In this document: positions 15,001 to 28,000 of the stretch, piece after piece
How the letters are laid out: every line of letters starts with the position of its first letter
How positions within the stretch are numbered: the stretch's first letter is position 1
NCBI GenBank assembly: GCA_040954595.2
Contig: CM082577.2
Coordinates: 8,953,846 to 9,017,845, forward strand
From: Balanoglossus misakiensis
Lineage: Eukaryota; Animalia; Hemichordata
Direction: 5' to 3'
DNA: 64,000 bases
Notes under the pieces: generated by a model
The model's input: the letters and a program-made list of their open reading frames with translations, nothing else
The model's database searches: none
Told to the model about the DNA's origin: nothing
Made by a program: the position numbers and the translations under genes

Positions 15001-16189
15001 AAATTCTCCCATTTATATAAAAAGACTTGTTAGGGCAGAAGTGTTCAGTTCTAGGGTAGCGCATGCATTGCAAGGACGGATAGAGATTTGTTGCGTCCGC
15101 TTCAGAGGTAAGTTCTGTACTTGTCGATACACCTTTTCTCAGCTTGAGTCACGCGACATAATGAAAAATAATTAATCGAGATTCACTATAATTCCTAATT
15201 GTGTCACAACTAGTTTAAAAAGCAAACGAACTTGGTTTAAAAGAGTTTAAAAGTAAATGGTTCATGGATCATAATTGTAATCGGTTCAGGCCAATTTGAA
15301 CAAAATTTTATGGAAACGATGACGGTCCGCTCGCTTCAAAGACAAAAAAACGACCATTCGTATAACATTATATGGGACGAAATTTGAAAAATATTGGCAA
15401 GGCGAAAACAAACGTACATGTACTTCAAGCTGATATTAATGTTTGAACTGGGAATTGTCTAACTTTTGAATATACACTGTGTTACGCCAATTCACTAGTT
15501 CGTCTTTTTTGTAGGCCTCATAATTTTAATTTGTAACGATCGTTTCGGATACTGTTAAATGCAAGCTACTGTACGGCGAACTCGACTCTAAATTGAAGGC
15601 GAAATTTGAACTGATCATATAGAAACAGCACCAAATGTTAAGTGAATTTGTGATTGTTGTCATCTACGAGGTTGTACATGCACCTAACACGCATCCGTGT
15701 AAGGATAGAAAAACATATATTTACAGTTATATTCAACAAAGCAAACTTAGATAACTGCAGAATAGGGCTGAATGGATGGTGTTGTTTTGCCAAATCAAGG
15801 TAGCCATCTCGCCGTACGCGGAACACGGCAGGTGTGCGCCTACCGACTCAGGACTGGGTTTGGCGGTTTAACCTCAGATATCTGAACAAGTGCTACTCTC
15901 AAGCAGGATGGAATGTGCTGTTGAAAAAGCTGACGGCAACGCCGACAGCCACTCATGAAAATCAGAAGAAAAAAATGTCGTCTGGCTATCAGTATGTCAA
16001 AGTCTGATACGACAGATAACACGTTTGATTTAATGTTATTTATAGAAGTGAAGAAAAAGGCTCAAAATTGGTGTTATCTCCAAGCTCATTTCGAGTGTTC
16101 GTTTTCGACGTCGCAGGCTGAGATCAGCGTGCGCAATGAAAAAGGATTTGCACGTATTTTACCAAACACAAACATCGCCCTGCATATTC

Positions 16190-16535
16190 TGGTATATATA
16201 CAGTAACTGTACATGGCAAATACGTGTAAACCTAGATATACATTTTTAATACAGTAACTATTTACATTCATGCATACATTTCTGATGCTGGCCACATACA
16301 TGTACTGATAGTAACGTAACGGTACATATGCAATTTGTCAGAAATGTATACATGCATTATGTAAATGTCAGTATCAGACATGTATAACACGTCTACATGT
16401 ATTATACATTTCCGATACCGTTCATAAACATTGTATACATCTGATACTGCTCATATACATATATACAGTGTATATTATATTTCCGTACTATCCATACACA
16501 TGTACATGTTTACATTTCTGATATTGTCCATACGT
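16190..16535. repeat. Degenerate minisatellite (TACATTTCTGATACTGTCCATACAC-like units, some inverted)
   Basis: Recurrent tacatttc(t/c)gata / catacat motifs, with inverted copies such as cagtatcagacatgta. Confidence 0.5.
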
Positions 16536-19500
16536 AAGCATCTATTCCTATTGGTTTTCCGAGGAAAGTTTATTTTTGTGGCGCCTGTTGCCAGATGTCT
16601 GGGTGTACGAAGGCGACTTCAAATTGGCATGATATTCTCACTGCAAAAGTACCATAAGATTTTTGGAAAGCATATGTGGCTTACTCAGACCTGACCAATA
16701 CACTCCTTGATAAAAATAAGTTTGAGTATCAGCATATCTCTTTCAATTCGTTGGCTGATTGTACAAGGGGGGTAGAGATGTGAAATCACATGACGCCCTG
16801 ATATGATTGATTGAGGCTGCGCTGTCGCACGGTGGCTTCGTCAACACAAACGTGTGTCACCTGTCGCACAGAAATCACGCCAGCGCGCACATCCTGTAAA
16901 CACGGCTAATAAGTCATCCTTCGCGTTGGCTCCATACAATCGAAGGGGTCTTTTTTTTAACATTTCAAAGCCTTTTATTTTTCTTACTACATGTAATTTT
17001 CGAAAAAATGTGTAGCCGTGTTAAGATTTTGGTTGGTGTGGGTCACTGCAACGAACTATGGTGCACGAATTTTACTGAACGAGAAAAAGTCGATACTTGT
17101 CGGGAATCAGACGAACAGAAATTTTTGGGGGTCTCGTCTGATATTAACGGCTTATGTTCAACAAAAGCGCGTGAACATCATCGCCATTATTCCCGCGTTA
17201 TCGGTCATTAGTCATTGTGCCTGGAAATGACAGATATGGCGTGGAGTGGTCTGCCTCGATATTCTTTATCAGCAGTTCCCCTCCATATGTCGAACTCTGC
17301 CGGGGCCTGGCCGGTTATCTCCCGGGGCTGTGTACTCGCCCGTAGCGCCCCTCTCGACCGTTGCGTGGAGCGACTCGTAAATTAGCTCATTAGGACAAGC
17401 AAAGCAAAGATCGCTCTAACCTTGCGTGATTTCTGATGACATGTTTAGCGCGTAATTGTACACAAAAATGTGTGTGTACTCAAGCAAGAACCTGCCACCT
17501 CATAGACAAACATAGACACGTAGCAAAAACGTACCCTCAAAACTCGTGTAACTCTAAACAGACTGCGTGATCTTGGGCCAATGGAAAGAGATGGAAAAAG
17601 CGTTGTATCTCTCGCCTGTTCATACATGAACGCTCTGTGTCACGCAGAGTAGATAATGAAGATGACACGGCAAAACTGAGTGTATTTACATAAGTAGTGT
17701 CAATCTTGACAACAGACAGAAGTCGAAAATCCAAGTTCCTAATATGAATCGCCTGCTCTAGCTTATAATACAAGCTACAGCTTATATGTGAATTGCACAG
17801 ATGTCGGACGACTGGTTTTTTGTAAAAGCACACATCTACAAAAGTGTTTTCTGTTTGGAAAATATCTGGGTAGATAATTACAGACCCAAGGTTTGTCATT
17901 TGAAAATCCCTCATTTTCTTTTATCCTTTATCATTTGAAAAGTGTTGGATGATTAACGTTTTTTTCATTTAAGGTAGTATAGCCTCGAAAATCAAAGTCT
18001 TAAACTTTTTCTCATAGTTTGACGATAAAATTTTCTTATGTTCACCACTGCACTTTGGTATAACTCCACTGTACATAGAGTGACCGGTCTATTCCACAAC
18101 ATGTATGTCCCACATACTGTAACAGTATTCGCACTTATTTAACCAGATTTTATATATTTATGCATCTCATAAATCATGCATAAATACATGATACACTCCA
18201 TTGCATTAGTATATTTAGTTGCTCGCATGTCTGTGGAGACGCGCAAGCTGAGGACGTGACCTTTGAGTAACCTTTTCGCCAAACTGATCTTGGGGAAAAA
18301 CTTACTTCAATCAATGAAGTATATTTATATATAAACGTCTCTTCCGACTCACTCTGACATTTTGAGCATGAATGTTGACAGACACGATTGCAAATAAGGT
18401 ACTTGAGATTATCGACTTTATAATTGTCTCCAGAGTTGTCAAAGTCATCTGCATAGTTTTTCCTCCTGGAGGAAGGAGAGTGTAACTTCGTGATGTTGGC
18501 ATTGAGATGCCCTGGCCTCTTGGCAACCGATGTGTTCAAACTAGAGGCGCAAGCGCAGTATAATAGCTGAAAGAAAGACTGTCTACGATTACAACCTCGC
18601 CATAGCTCAGGGCATATTGAGATATTTGCGGTTTACCACACTAAAAGTGGGCAATATTTAGCCTCAAATCTTCAGAATACAGCATTTTTGTTTATCAGAA
18701 AGTTCTTTCGCTGCCACATTTCAATAACGCCGCTGTCAGGTGGTTCATTTCGGCCCACTTCAAAAAATCGAACGAACCTTGTCGCATTATTCAACTAACG
18801 GTGCAGCCGTGCTATGAACTTTTGAAAAGCTGGTCAGTTCTAAATTTATACCAAAAGTTGTAGTACTACGTGCAGGTAGACCTATGATCTGGTGAACTTT
18901 GACATGGTCGCTAAAAAAAAGCTTCAGTACCGCGAATAAGCGAGACACAGCTGTTGTTCAAACTATAAACTGATATTAAAGTTGTTGCGCGAAGATATTT
19001 ATAGAATAAAAACACCCTATTTGCTTTTCAATGATGGTTGAATGACCTTTTTTCGAATAATGCTTTCTGAGCATGATAATCAAGTTTTTGGAATTAGAAT
19101 TAATATATATTTGCTTCGAATTTTGAACGTTTGAACAGTCCCTTTCAGTCAATCTCGATTTTCTAGCGATTTTTTGTTCGTTCTGGTTTGCCTAGTAGAT
19201 GGCATTTACTGAGGACTTTTTTGCAACGCGTGATTTGAAATACAACTAAAAATCCTTTGACGTCGCGTTTTTGTGATTTTTCATATTCATTCGCGCGAAT
19301 TTCGATAGGGGAGGGGCATGGAAAAAATCACCAGGAAAATAAAAAATCCTCCGGCCCCACCCTGGAAGTAAATTCTGAAAAGTCCCCAAAGATTTTACAT
19401 TTGGCTAATATATAGTTCAATAAAGTTTATTTTTAAAGTTTTCGTGAACTCATGGTATCTTTACTGTTACATGACACGTTGATGTTGATGGCAACCACTG

Positions 19501-19810
19501 ACAGGGGACATCAATTCTCACAGCGAAACAGTTTGAAGTGTAATGACTGACAGTCCGTCATCAATCAGCCTCTGAACAAACAACTTTATCGGTTGCAATC
19601 CAAGCCTCCTGAACAGGTTGCATCAACAACAGACTTGTAATTATAACTTAGGCTCTCGCACGGTGGCCCTCTACCCCTCCTCCAGGTCAATAGAACACCG
19701 AGTATTATCCACTGTATCGATCAGCGGTTATCGCAGGGTCCTTGATGTCCAAACAAACTCTACCACCGTGCGTTCTTTTCTGCACGTAGGTTGACCAGGC
19801 GAGGCGTTAA

Positions 19811-20035
19811 AGGGACAAAGTCTCTCTCTCTCTTATACATTACCAAAATGAATAAACGGTAAACACCAATTATTCATTTTGGTGAGTTTTTCACTCTCGT
19901 GTCTACAAGCAGGGTGGAAGGTGTGTGTGGTGGAACGTTGATTCACTATATATCCACATGTAGAATAACATAGACAGTGTCTTGTATCAAACATAGTTAA
20001 TGAAAAAAGGGCAGCGAGAGAGAGACGTTGTCCCT
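19811..20035. mobile_element. Internally deleted copy of the same Kolobok-like MITE
   Basis: Same termini and TTAA flanks; right arm highly similar to 60680-60875; most of the left arm missing. Confidence 0.8.
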
Positions 20036-21334
20036 TTAATCTAGCACGTTCAGTATCTTGCTATATGTTCACACAGAAGTCTTGTCCATGCATATCTAGA
20101 GTCTGAAGAAGTCCTTGGCAAGAAAGATGCGATACATCTACAGCCACTGGCGCAAACATTATATGTTGTGTTCTTTTTTCTGTGAATTGGAATAAAATAT
20201 ATTGACAAACTACAGACACCCACATAAACAACCCTGTCTCAATTCCACGTGTATTGTGTACACACCTGTTAAACACACATACAACAAATACTAGGTCAAT
20301 TTGACAAATAAAAAAAAATATTCCTTTCCGCTTTAAAATCTAGTCTTACCCACTTATATGGGCTGGAACAAGTACGGGCCAGACTCTATCAAGCCATATA
20401 CATGTAATTTATCGGTCAGTGTGAACCTTGCCCTTTAAAATAGTACCACTGTGGTCTGGTTACTTTAGTGTTTGCAGCACAGACCATGTGTGTTCTGTGA
20501 TAGAAAATAACTCCTTTGGATATACAGAAGGAATTGGTTATTTTCTTCTTGAAGTGAAAGGACCATTCCTGAGATGAGATGAAAAATACTGACATCAAGA
20601 ATGCTAGGTACGAACAAGAAGCAGCATACTGGCCCCTGTCACGACTTTAAAGTCGAGCTGTCGACAGAATAAAATGTTTGTATTTAGAAATGTGAAAATT
20701 GTAAACTGTGAAATTCTCCACCTTCAACATTACACCCAATGCCACTAATATTTGATAACAGATATCAGTTAGCAACAAGGCGATAATGTCGAATTTGATG
20801 GTACACACACACCAAACCGGTTTATCAACAGTTATGTACATATCTTGTTTTATTGACTAAAATGTTACAAATCACCCAAGACTGTCCACTTTTTATCGAT
20901 TTACTCCCTCCGTCTTGAAGGGTGGCCTGTGAGTGACAAGTGCCACCTGCCAGTTGAAATTTATTCTAATGTGGGGAAACTGCTCGTGCAAACAACTCAA
21001 AGCAAGTGAATGATGATGCAAAAATGCAGTGAATTATGAACTCCACAAGTGGTTGTCCATAAACAGACTGCTGTATTCGCAATGTTTGCAGTCAGATTAA
21101 CTCTGGATAAATTGGGATGCAATAATGTGCAATAAGTGTCGTATACTTGTAAAAAATATAACATAATGGTCATAAAAATGGATTTTTTTCTTACCAGAAA
21201 AAAGGAAACTGAAATCACACGGTGTATAAAACAAGGAGGCATGTCCAGAATGGATAGTGCATGCAGAACATCTTTCTTGTGCCAACTTTTCTTACATGCT
21301 TGAATATCATTCAACTTGAGATTTTGGGACAATG

Positions 21335-21463
21335 TGAGCGTTCTAAAGAACATATGGTGGCGCTCTTTTTTTCGCGTGTGTCATCCCCTGAAAATCTGTG
21401 ATTGGCCAGATCTTAATTTGCCATGGTAACTATAGCTAATTTTTCATAGGTGACCATATACCT
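21335..21463. mobile_element. MITE family 2 partial copy (inverted) in the 3' UTR region of copy A
   Basis: Reverse complement of about 29950-30080; ends ...ATATACCT|TTAA. Confidence 0.72.
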
Positions 21464-21509
21464 TTAATTTTCAGGTGTATTTTCTTCACTGCCATCTTGC
21501 CCAGCTTAA

Positions 21510-22001
21510 TTATTCTCCAGCCTGTTCTGCTTCTGCCTGCCCCTCTGCTGGTTTGTCTTCCGGCGCTGCTTGCGTTTCATCCGGCTTGCTGTCGTCTGGC
21601 CGATCATCCGGCTGTTGCCGATCATCATCCGCTGGCGGGGGAGGTCTATCGCCCTCTCCCGCGTCCGAATCCTGCGCCTTGTCCTCGTCCCTGGATTTCC
21701 TGGAAGTTCGACTCGGCCGCCTGGATCTCGGCGTCTGTCTCTTGGAACGAGGGGTCTGGCGCTTTGGTTTCGGGGTGCCCTCCTCCCCACCCTGCTGGGG
21801 ATTTGCCGCGTCTTCACCCTGCTGAGGTTTCGGTGTGTCGTCACCTGCCAGAGAAATTGACTTTCGGGGGTTGGACTCCGCTGCGCTTGACCCGGGCGGT
21901 GTTGGTTCCCGGGGCGGAGGTGGTTTGCCCTGTTCCAGGTTATCCACCCTTTTCTTGAGCCCATCTTGCGCAGTCTTCAGTTCTGTTATGCTCTTGCGAG
22001 T
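21510..22001 (-). CDS. Paralogue A distal alternative last exon (TRKSITELKTAQDGLKKRVDNLEQ plus P/E/D/R-rich tail)
   Basis: Phase-0 acceptor TTTTTCATCTGAAAG, 164 codons to TAA. Homologous to 36273-36545. Confidence 0.75.
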   Translation of the reverse strand, partial: TRKSITELKTAQDGLKKRVDNLEQGKPPPPREPTPPGSSAAESNPRKSISLAGDDTPKPQQGEDAANPQQGGEEGTPKPKRQTPRSKRQTPRSRRPSRTSRKSRDEDKAQDSDAGEGDRPPPPADDDRQQPDDRPDDSKPDETQAAPEDKPAEGQAEAEQAGE

Positions 22002-25000
22002 CTTTCAGATGAAAAAAAATACGACGTGATAAGTCTCTGATTTGTCGTGGACGAAAACATTTTATCAAATGAGGCAATATTACTGATATTAAGCTTATGT
22101 TATACACAAATCATGATACAAATATGATCCATAACTAATGTGTATAATCTACAAACATAAATAATAAGAGAATGATTATTTAAAAATGACTAGTGAGTAT
22201 TCAAGAAAACCTATGACAAATACATGCATTGAATGACAAAAATTAAAATGTTTTCTATCAGTCAAAAAAGTGGATGTACAAATTACAATGCATGAAATAT
22301 AAGCAGTAAAATTCTATGACCTAGACAATCAAAACAAACCTGTAATAAAATAAAAATAAGAGTTTATGAAAGGTGAAATTATCTACATGCAAAGATGGCT
22401 AAAAATAATGATCGTGGTAGAAGAGGATAATTTTAATATGTGTGATGTCCAGTCATGATGTCATAGGTACCCAATGATAGCTACAAGCTCTGAAGACAGC
22501 TGTGGTGTACTGGCAAGGTTCAGTGCAAATATTTTTGGACAAAATTATCTGGTGGATAACGTATAGGACATGAATACCAATCTGAGAGTTTCACTGTTGG
22601 CCACACACTGAGCATAACCATATGATCATGAAGGGAATTACAGACATGCACCCCTAGTACCGCGCCGTATTTTGTCCGCTTTGCTTCCAAAACTAACGCG
22701 TTAACGGCCAAAATACGTCGACAAAATACGGCGAGTTACTAGGTTATTTTTAACCATAAATGAGTATATAAGTTAATGGTGTAACTTTTCAGTATTCCTG
22801 ACAAAACTGAATTGAACCAGAACATCAAGACATTTATATTGCAATGCAAAATAAGTAACGGAGTCCTTCGAGCTTGTAAGTATTCAAAGCTATGATTGAT
22901 CGTGACAGATTTTATAACATATACTACATACATACATGTACAGTTAAACATGAAAACCACGGTCAGTGTGGAGTGACCGCGTGTGTGAAATCATTACATC
23001 TGAAATACTGCACCGGCAATTATATACACATATTGATTGGCTATGGGGGTAACAACACATGGCTGTCTGCCTATTAGAGAGTGCGAGTCATGCCAAAATA
23101 GTCTTGCTTCCCCTAGACAGAAGTCTGAGTGAAACAGACCATTATGGGATATGATTCACAGGCCTGAGAGGAGAATGACATATTATGCTGTTACCCAAAT
23201 GGCCAGTCAATGTGTCTTGTAACACACCTAACCGAATTCGTCGTCTTTACGCATAAGGTTTGGCTGCAACAGAAATTTAAATCTTCTTTTTGTACTTTTC
23301 TTCATATGCACTCACAGGTACATATACTTTCCAAGAAACAGTTTATTGTCAAATTAATCTGTTCCCTGGACAAGTGACAGTTCAAATACTACCGATGATA
23401 GGCTCCTTGAGTGTATTAGTGTCAAAATAATGCAAAACCACGATATTGCTTTGCCCAATCATAGTGTAGGAAATGCAACAGTTGTGTTGTGAAATTATCC
23501 AGAGCAGGTATTGATTTCCATGGTATATGTGAAGTGTGTCCTGAGTGAGTAGTCCTCAAAACTGGAATGGGAGGTTCACAAAATACATGCTACAACACAA
23601 GCAGTGATTCATGTCAGATTTTAAAAAAAAAATGTAAATTTAGCCTCACTTGTTGTACTGTGTCATATGTCAAATGGAAGCACTTATAAATATTGACAAT
23701 TTAAAAATCATGGCTTGATTTGACAACTAAATTTTAGTGAAATTATTTTTTTAGTTTTTTTTATTGCGTTTCATCATCTTTTTTCATCAGGTTTTTGCTT
23801 TCCCTTGTCCTTATCTTTCTCATGAGTTTTGGGTTTGTTTCCTGATTTTCGCCGAGGCAAACCATCAAATTTCTCCTGGATCTCCTCAAACAACGTCTGT
23901 AGGTCTTCAATCTCTTCCTTGCGCTGCTTAGTGAAATGAAAGAAACAACAACAACAGCATATCCACATAGTCAGAATTACAGAAACTGAGTGAGAGACAC
24001 TGAGCTAACATAAGGCAAAGAATATGGCACACTCCGCTGAAAGCTGGAATATATGACATCTATCAGTACAAGCAAAAAATGTTAAAATGAAAGAAAATAC
24101 ATTGTAAACAGATAAAGTTACAATGCACATACAGTGAAACCTGTCATTACGGACACCTCTCTAATCAGGACGCTGGCATATAGCATGAAAATAAGGTTGC
24201 TATTATATGCTAAGATTTACCAACTGTACACTTGATTGCAAGATCTGAACCTTGCACATGCATTAAACATTCATTATTGACCACATACGGGTGACGAAAA
24301 ATGACGCTAAATAAAAAAAAGTACAATCGTCATAAAATGTTCACTAAAATACGAAAATGAATATTCATTACTGCTGCAATATATTACGAAGCCAAATACA
24401 TTACAAAACTTGGCAAACACTGACACTCACCAATGCACTTATACATACAAACACCACATACACACAATCATTCACTCCCCAGTCTTTCCACACACAGGGA
24501 AGGGACTGTCAGGTCTGCATGGGTCTGCACTCTTACCAAAATTTCTGTCTTTCAGTTACACATGTGTACTAGTCACATACACTATACTTTATTTCAGAAA
24601 AAAAACGACTCCATTTTCCAGTTAACTTAACCTGAGCTCGCCACGTACACATAGCCACTAATTTTGACACCGAACTTTACCTGTTTGGTTTCATTCTGTA
24701 TCTTCATACCAAGATGAGATCTGACCGTCTGAACACTTTCATTAGCCTTCGTGACTTCTTCGTCCATCTAATAAAAACACGTACACACACACAAATCAAT
24801 GAATTTAGAGTGAAGTCTTGATAAACAGATATTCAGACTTTTCTTAAGTCAAATATGAATTAACTGTGCTGGCATTATAAGCAGCTTAGCTATTTTATTT
24901 GAACAAGCCACTTGACAAAGTGAAAACAGCGCACTGAGTCTTAAATTATCAGAAATTTTTTCTCAGCGTTTTGGAATTGAAATCAATCATAATGTTAAGT

Positions 25001-28000
25001 GATATTAAGAATCAATATACAAGGATATAGTAAACTTACGTCTACCAGTTTTTGGTTGATCTGTAATTATAAAAGGAAGAAGAAGAAGAAAGGAATTTAG
25101 ATATCAGATAAGTACATGTATGAGTGCACATATAACTATATCTTACTGCACTGCAGGCAGATTTTCAGAGGAGTGAAACGTTTGACACCAGTCAAACGTT
25201 TAAACTTTGGAAAGTGAATTCATGCAGGCCTACTTAATTAACACTTTTCTGAAAATATTGGATTTTGTCTTATTTGGTTCATTGTGCATACGATTATATG
25301 AACCTATAACAACAAATTTTAGCTGTTTCTTAAAACACAAACGCCTCTTAAATATCAGGTTGAAACAAGTCAGCCTTCTAACCTTTCTGATTTCCTGATC
25401 CATCTCCTCGATTTTCTCCAAGGTTTCGTCGTCCACCTTTCCTTTCTTTCCCAGCGACAGTTTCTCTTTCTGTGAGACGGGAATGGCCGGCGCCGCTGCA
25501 GTGCCACCGGTTTTGATCTTGTCTTCCATTCTTGCAATTTCCTGCTTCAATGACTTGTACTTACTTTCAAGATCCAGCCTCACCATTTGGACGTCTCTTG
25601 TCCTGAACGAGAAAAACGAGATGATTTTTGTGTGTGTCTAGAATGAACCACTGTAAAACGGGTTATTTTTGCGAGCCAGCCAATCAGAATGATCCTTGTT
25701 TAAAAACGCTCACCTGTCCTTGCTCTCCTGGTCAACCACTGTCTTCATATCTTCTTGTACCTTTTCGTTGGTTCTGTTCATTTCAGAGACCTGCATTGAA
25801 CAAGATGAATGTCAAATGATACATCTTGTGCCGGCAGCCATGAAACTGACAATATATATATATCTGAAAAACGGTTTGAAAACGCAATTGATAATTTGTC
25901 ATATTTTCATTTCAGTGCTTTGGATTTCCTGCAACAAGAACCAGAGCGGACACATCTGCAATCAGGGACATAGATAGGAATTGAATGATTGCCCACCTCT
26001 GGACCAATATCGTCCATTCTTTCCTTCAAATCTCTTAAAATCTTGTCAGTGCTGTCTCTCCAGTCACCAATGTCCTCCAGTTTCTCAGCCTGTGCTTCAG
26101 TTCTCTTCTTCAAGCCCTAGACTCAAATAAAACGACAGACAAATTCATGTTTAACTTATACCCGATTTTTATCTCTGATACCCATACATTGAAAATGGTT
26201 AATTCATTTCTGAGAATGAAATAAAAAGTACATGTATGTTACAACATACGAACCCAGCTGCCATTATTTCTGGAAGGATTATTGTCTACTGAGAAGTAAA
26301 ATTGGATTTTCAGGCAAACTGATTATATACATACTATGTTGAAAGGTGTTTAAATTAGAGGTGGTTTGGCATAATCAAGTTATAGGTGCCAGAACTACTT
26401 AAAATTATAGGCCTGCTGGATATTGCCAAACTTGCATCACTTTTGCAGTACATGTACATGAAATCTGATCAAAATCAGACGTAAAGTTAGGCACTGGTGA
26501 TAGTTTTGGCTATTCTGTTCTCTCAGCTTTGTTATATAATACATTCACAAAATAATTTCTTAAGTGGTGTCAAATGTACCGCAAGAATGTTTAATTAACA
26601 GAATCGCCAGTGAGGGCGCTATTGAAAACTATACCACCAGAGATGTCAGTGAATTTGGCAAAGTTGTATTTGTCACATTGTCTGAGATGAGACAATTATA
26701 AATAATGCAAATTTCAGTCAAACTTCAATGATTGACCAAAGTAAAGATCTACACCAGCTAGTGTACAATCTTCCAAACGTCTAGACCACACCATCAACCT
26801 GTAAACTTTTTGCACAGTGAAAAGGAGAAAACATCTGAAAGTATACTAGTACCTTTTTGCTTTCCTAAATACAGCAGCATGAAGGAAAGAAATGAAAATA
26901 AATGAGGTATCAGTACAGTATTATTGAAATGGTAAAATCTTGTATATAATGATTCATGGCTGGGACACACATGGGAACTTAATATCTAAAAAAAAACACT
27001 TGGTGCTATACACTTGTTTTTACAATGTATACTCAAAATCACGCTCAACTAGAAAAATCAGAAATTGTTACCTTTTCCTCTTTGAGGGCACTCAGTGTCT
27101 GCAGATCATATGCGACAGCGTGAAATGGAAAACAGTAATGTGAACAAGATTATGGATAAAATGGTACTGGTGATAATTCGACAACATTGACAAATAGTTG
27201 CAGGAATGTTTAATGTTGGAAGCAGCAATGTTGCAGTTACCCTGTCGACCCCTGATGACTTTGTTACATGTATGATATCATTCAGATGTGGGTTTTCTCT
27301 GATCATTACACAATGATAAATTTATAACTATGGTGATATGATTTCTAAATTCAGTTACATGCTTTTAATTATATTCTATATGGTTGCTATGCATATGTGT
27401 CTACAAACGGTATACACAATGTTTATATAGATTAGAGTATGTGCTTTATTCTATATTACTATACATGTACTCCTTTTGCAACTATGGGGCACTCTATCTA
27501 CTTTTCCTCATGATGCATTACGACTTAATTTGTAGGCTACAATTTACGTAGGTAAAGATAAGTATACCATCACTGTCTCTGACAGCTGCAACACAAGTTG
27601 CCATCCGTGAATTCATCCATGAATCATGTTTTGATAGGCATCAGAAAAACACCAACAGACATCTTGGGTTAGTATACAATTTACTGACGACACAATTGAA
27701 TGATCCAGTGGAATTACTGTGGTGCAGGTTTGCGCCTGCATTAATACCTGAATTTCATAAACTCAATAAGACACCCACAAGATTTTTTATATTGAAACCC
27801 AATTTTGAATTTTTTCTGACACTATCACATTGATGGATTTTCAAATCCAACCAGGTAGAGGTACCATCGTTCTGAAACACATTTAAAAATAATCAAACAG
27901 CATGAATATCTTCCGTTCAGTGGCAACACTGTTCAGAGGTTGCATTCTCCATGATGTACAGTAGAAGACACTTTTCCGAGACACGCCTGACAAGATAGAA

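Noticed and set aside
18174-18539. Minus-strand ORFs with a hydrophobic stretch followed by RKRRL, reminiscent of a GPCR first helix
   Set aside because: Short, bounded by stops, with no further helices or convincing splice sites.
21475-21964. Several 100-150 aa ORFs on both strands
   Set aside because: Alternative frames of the GC-rich last exon 21510-22001; only one frame is conserved with copy B.
25176-25201. 11-bp perfect hairpin near the 21-nt microexon of copy A
   Set aside because: Short, absent from copy B, plausible by chance.
26604-26622. CTCF-like word GCCAGTGAGGGCGCTA (others near 17343 and 41160)
   Set aside because: Imperfect matches, not conserved between paralogues.
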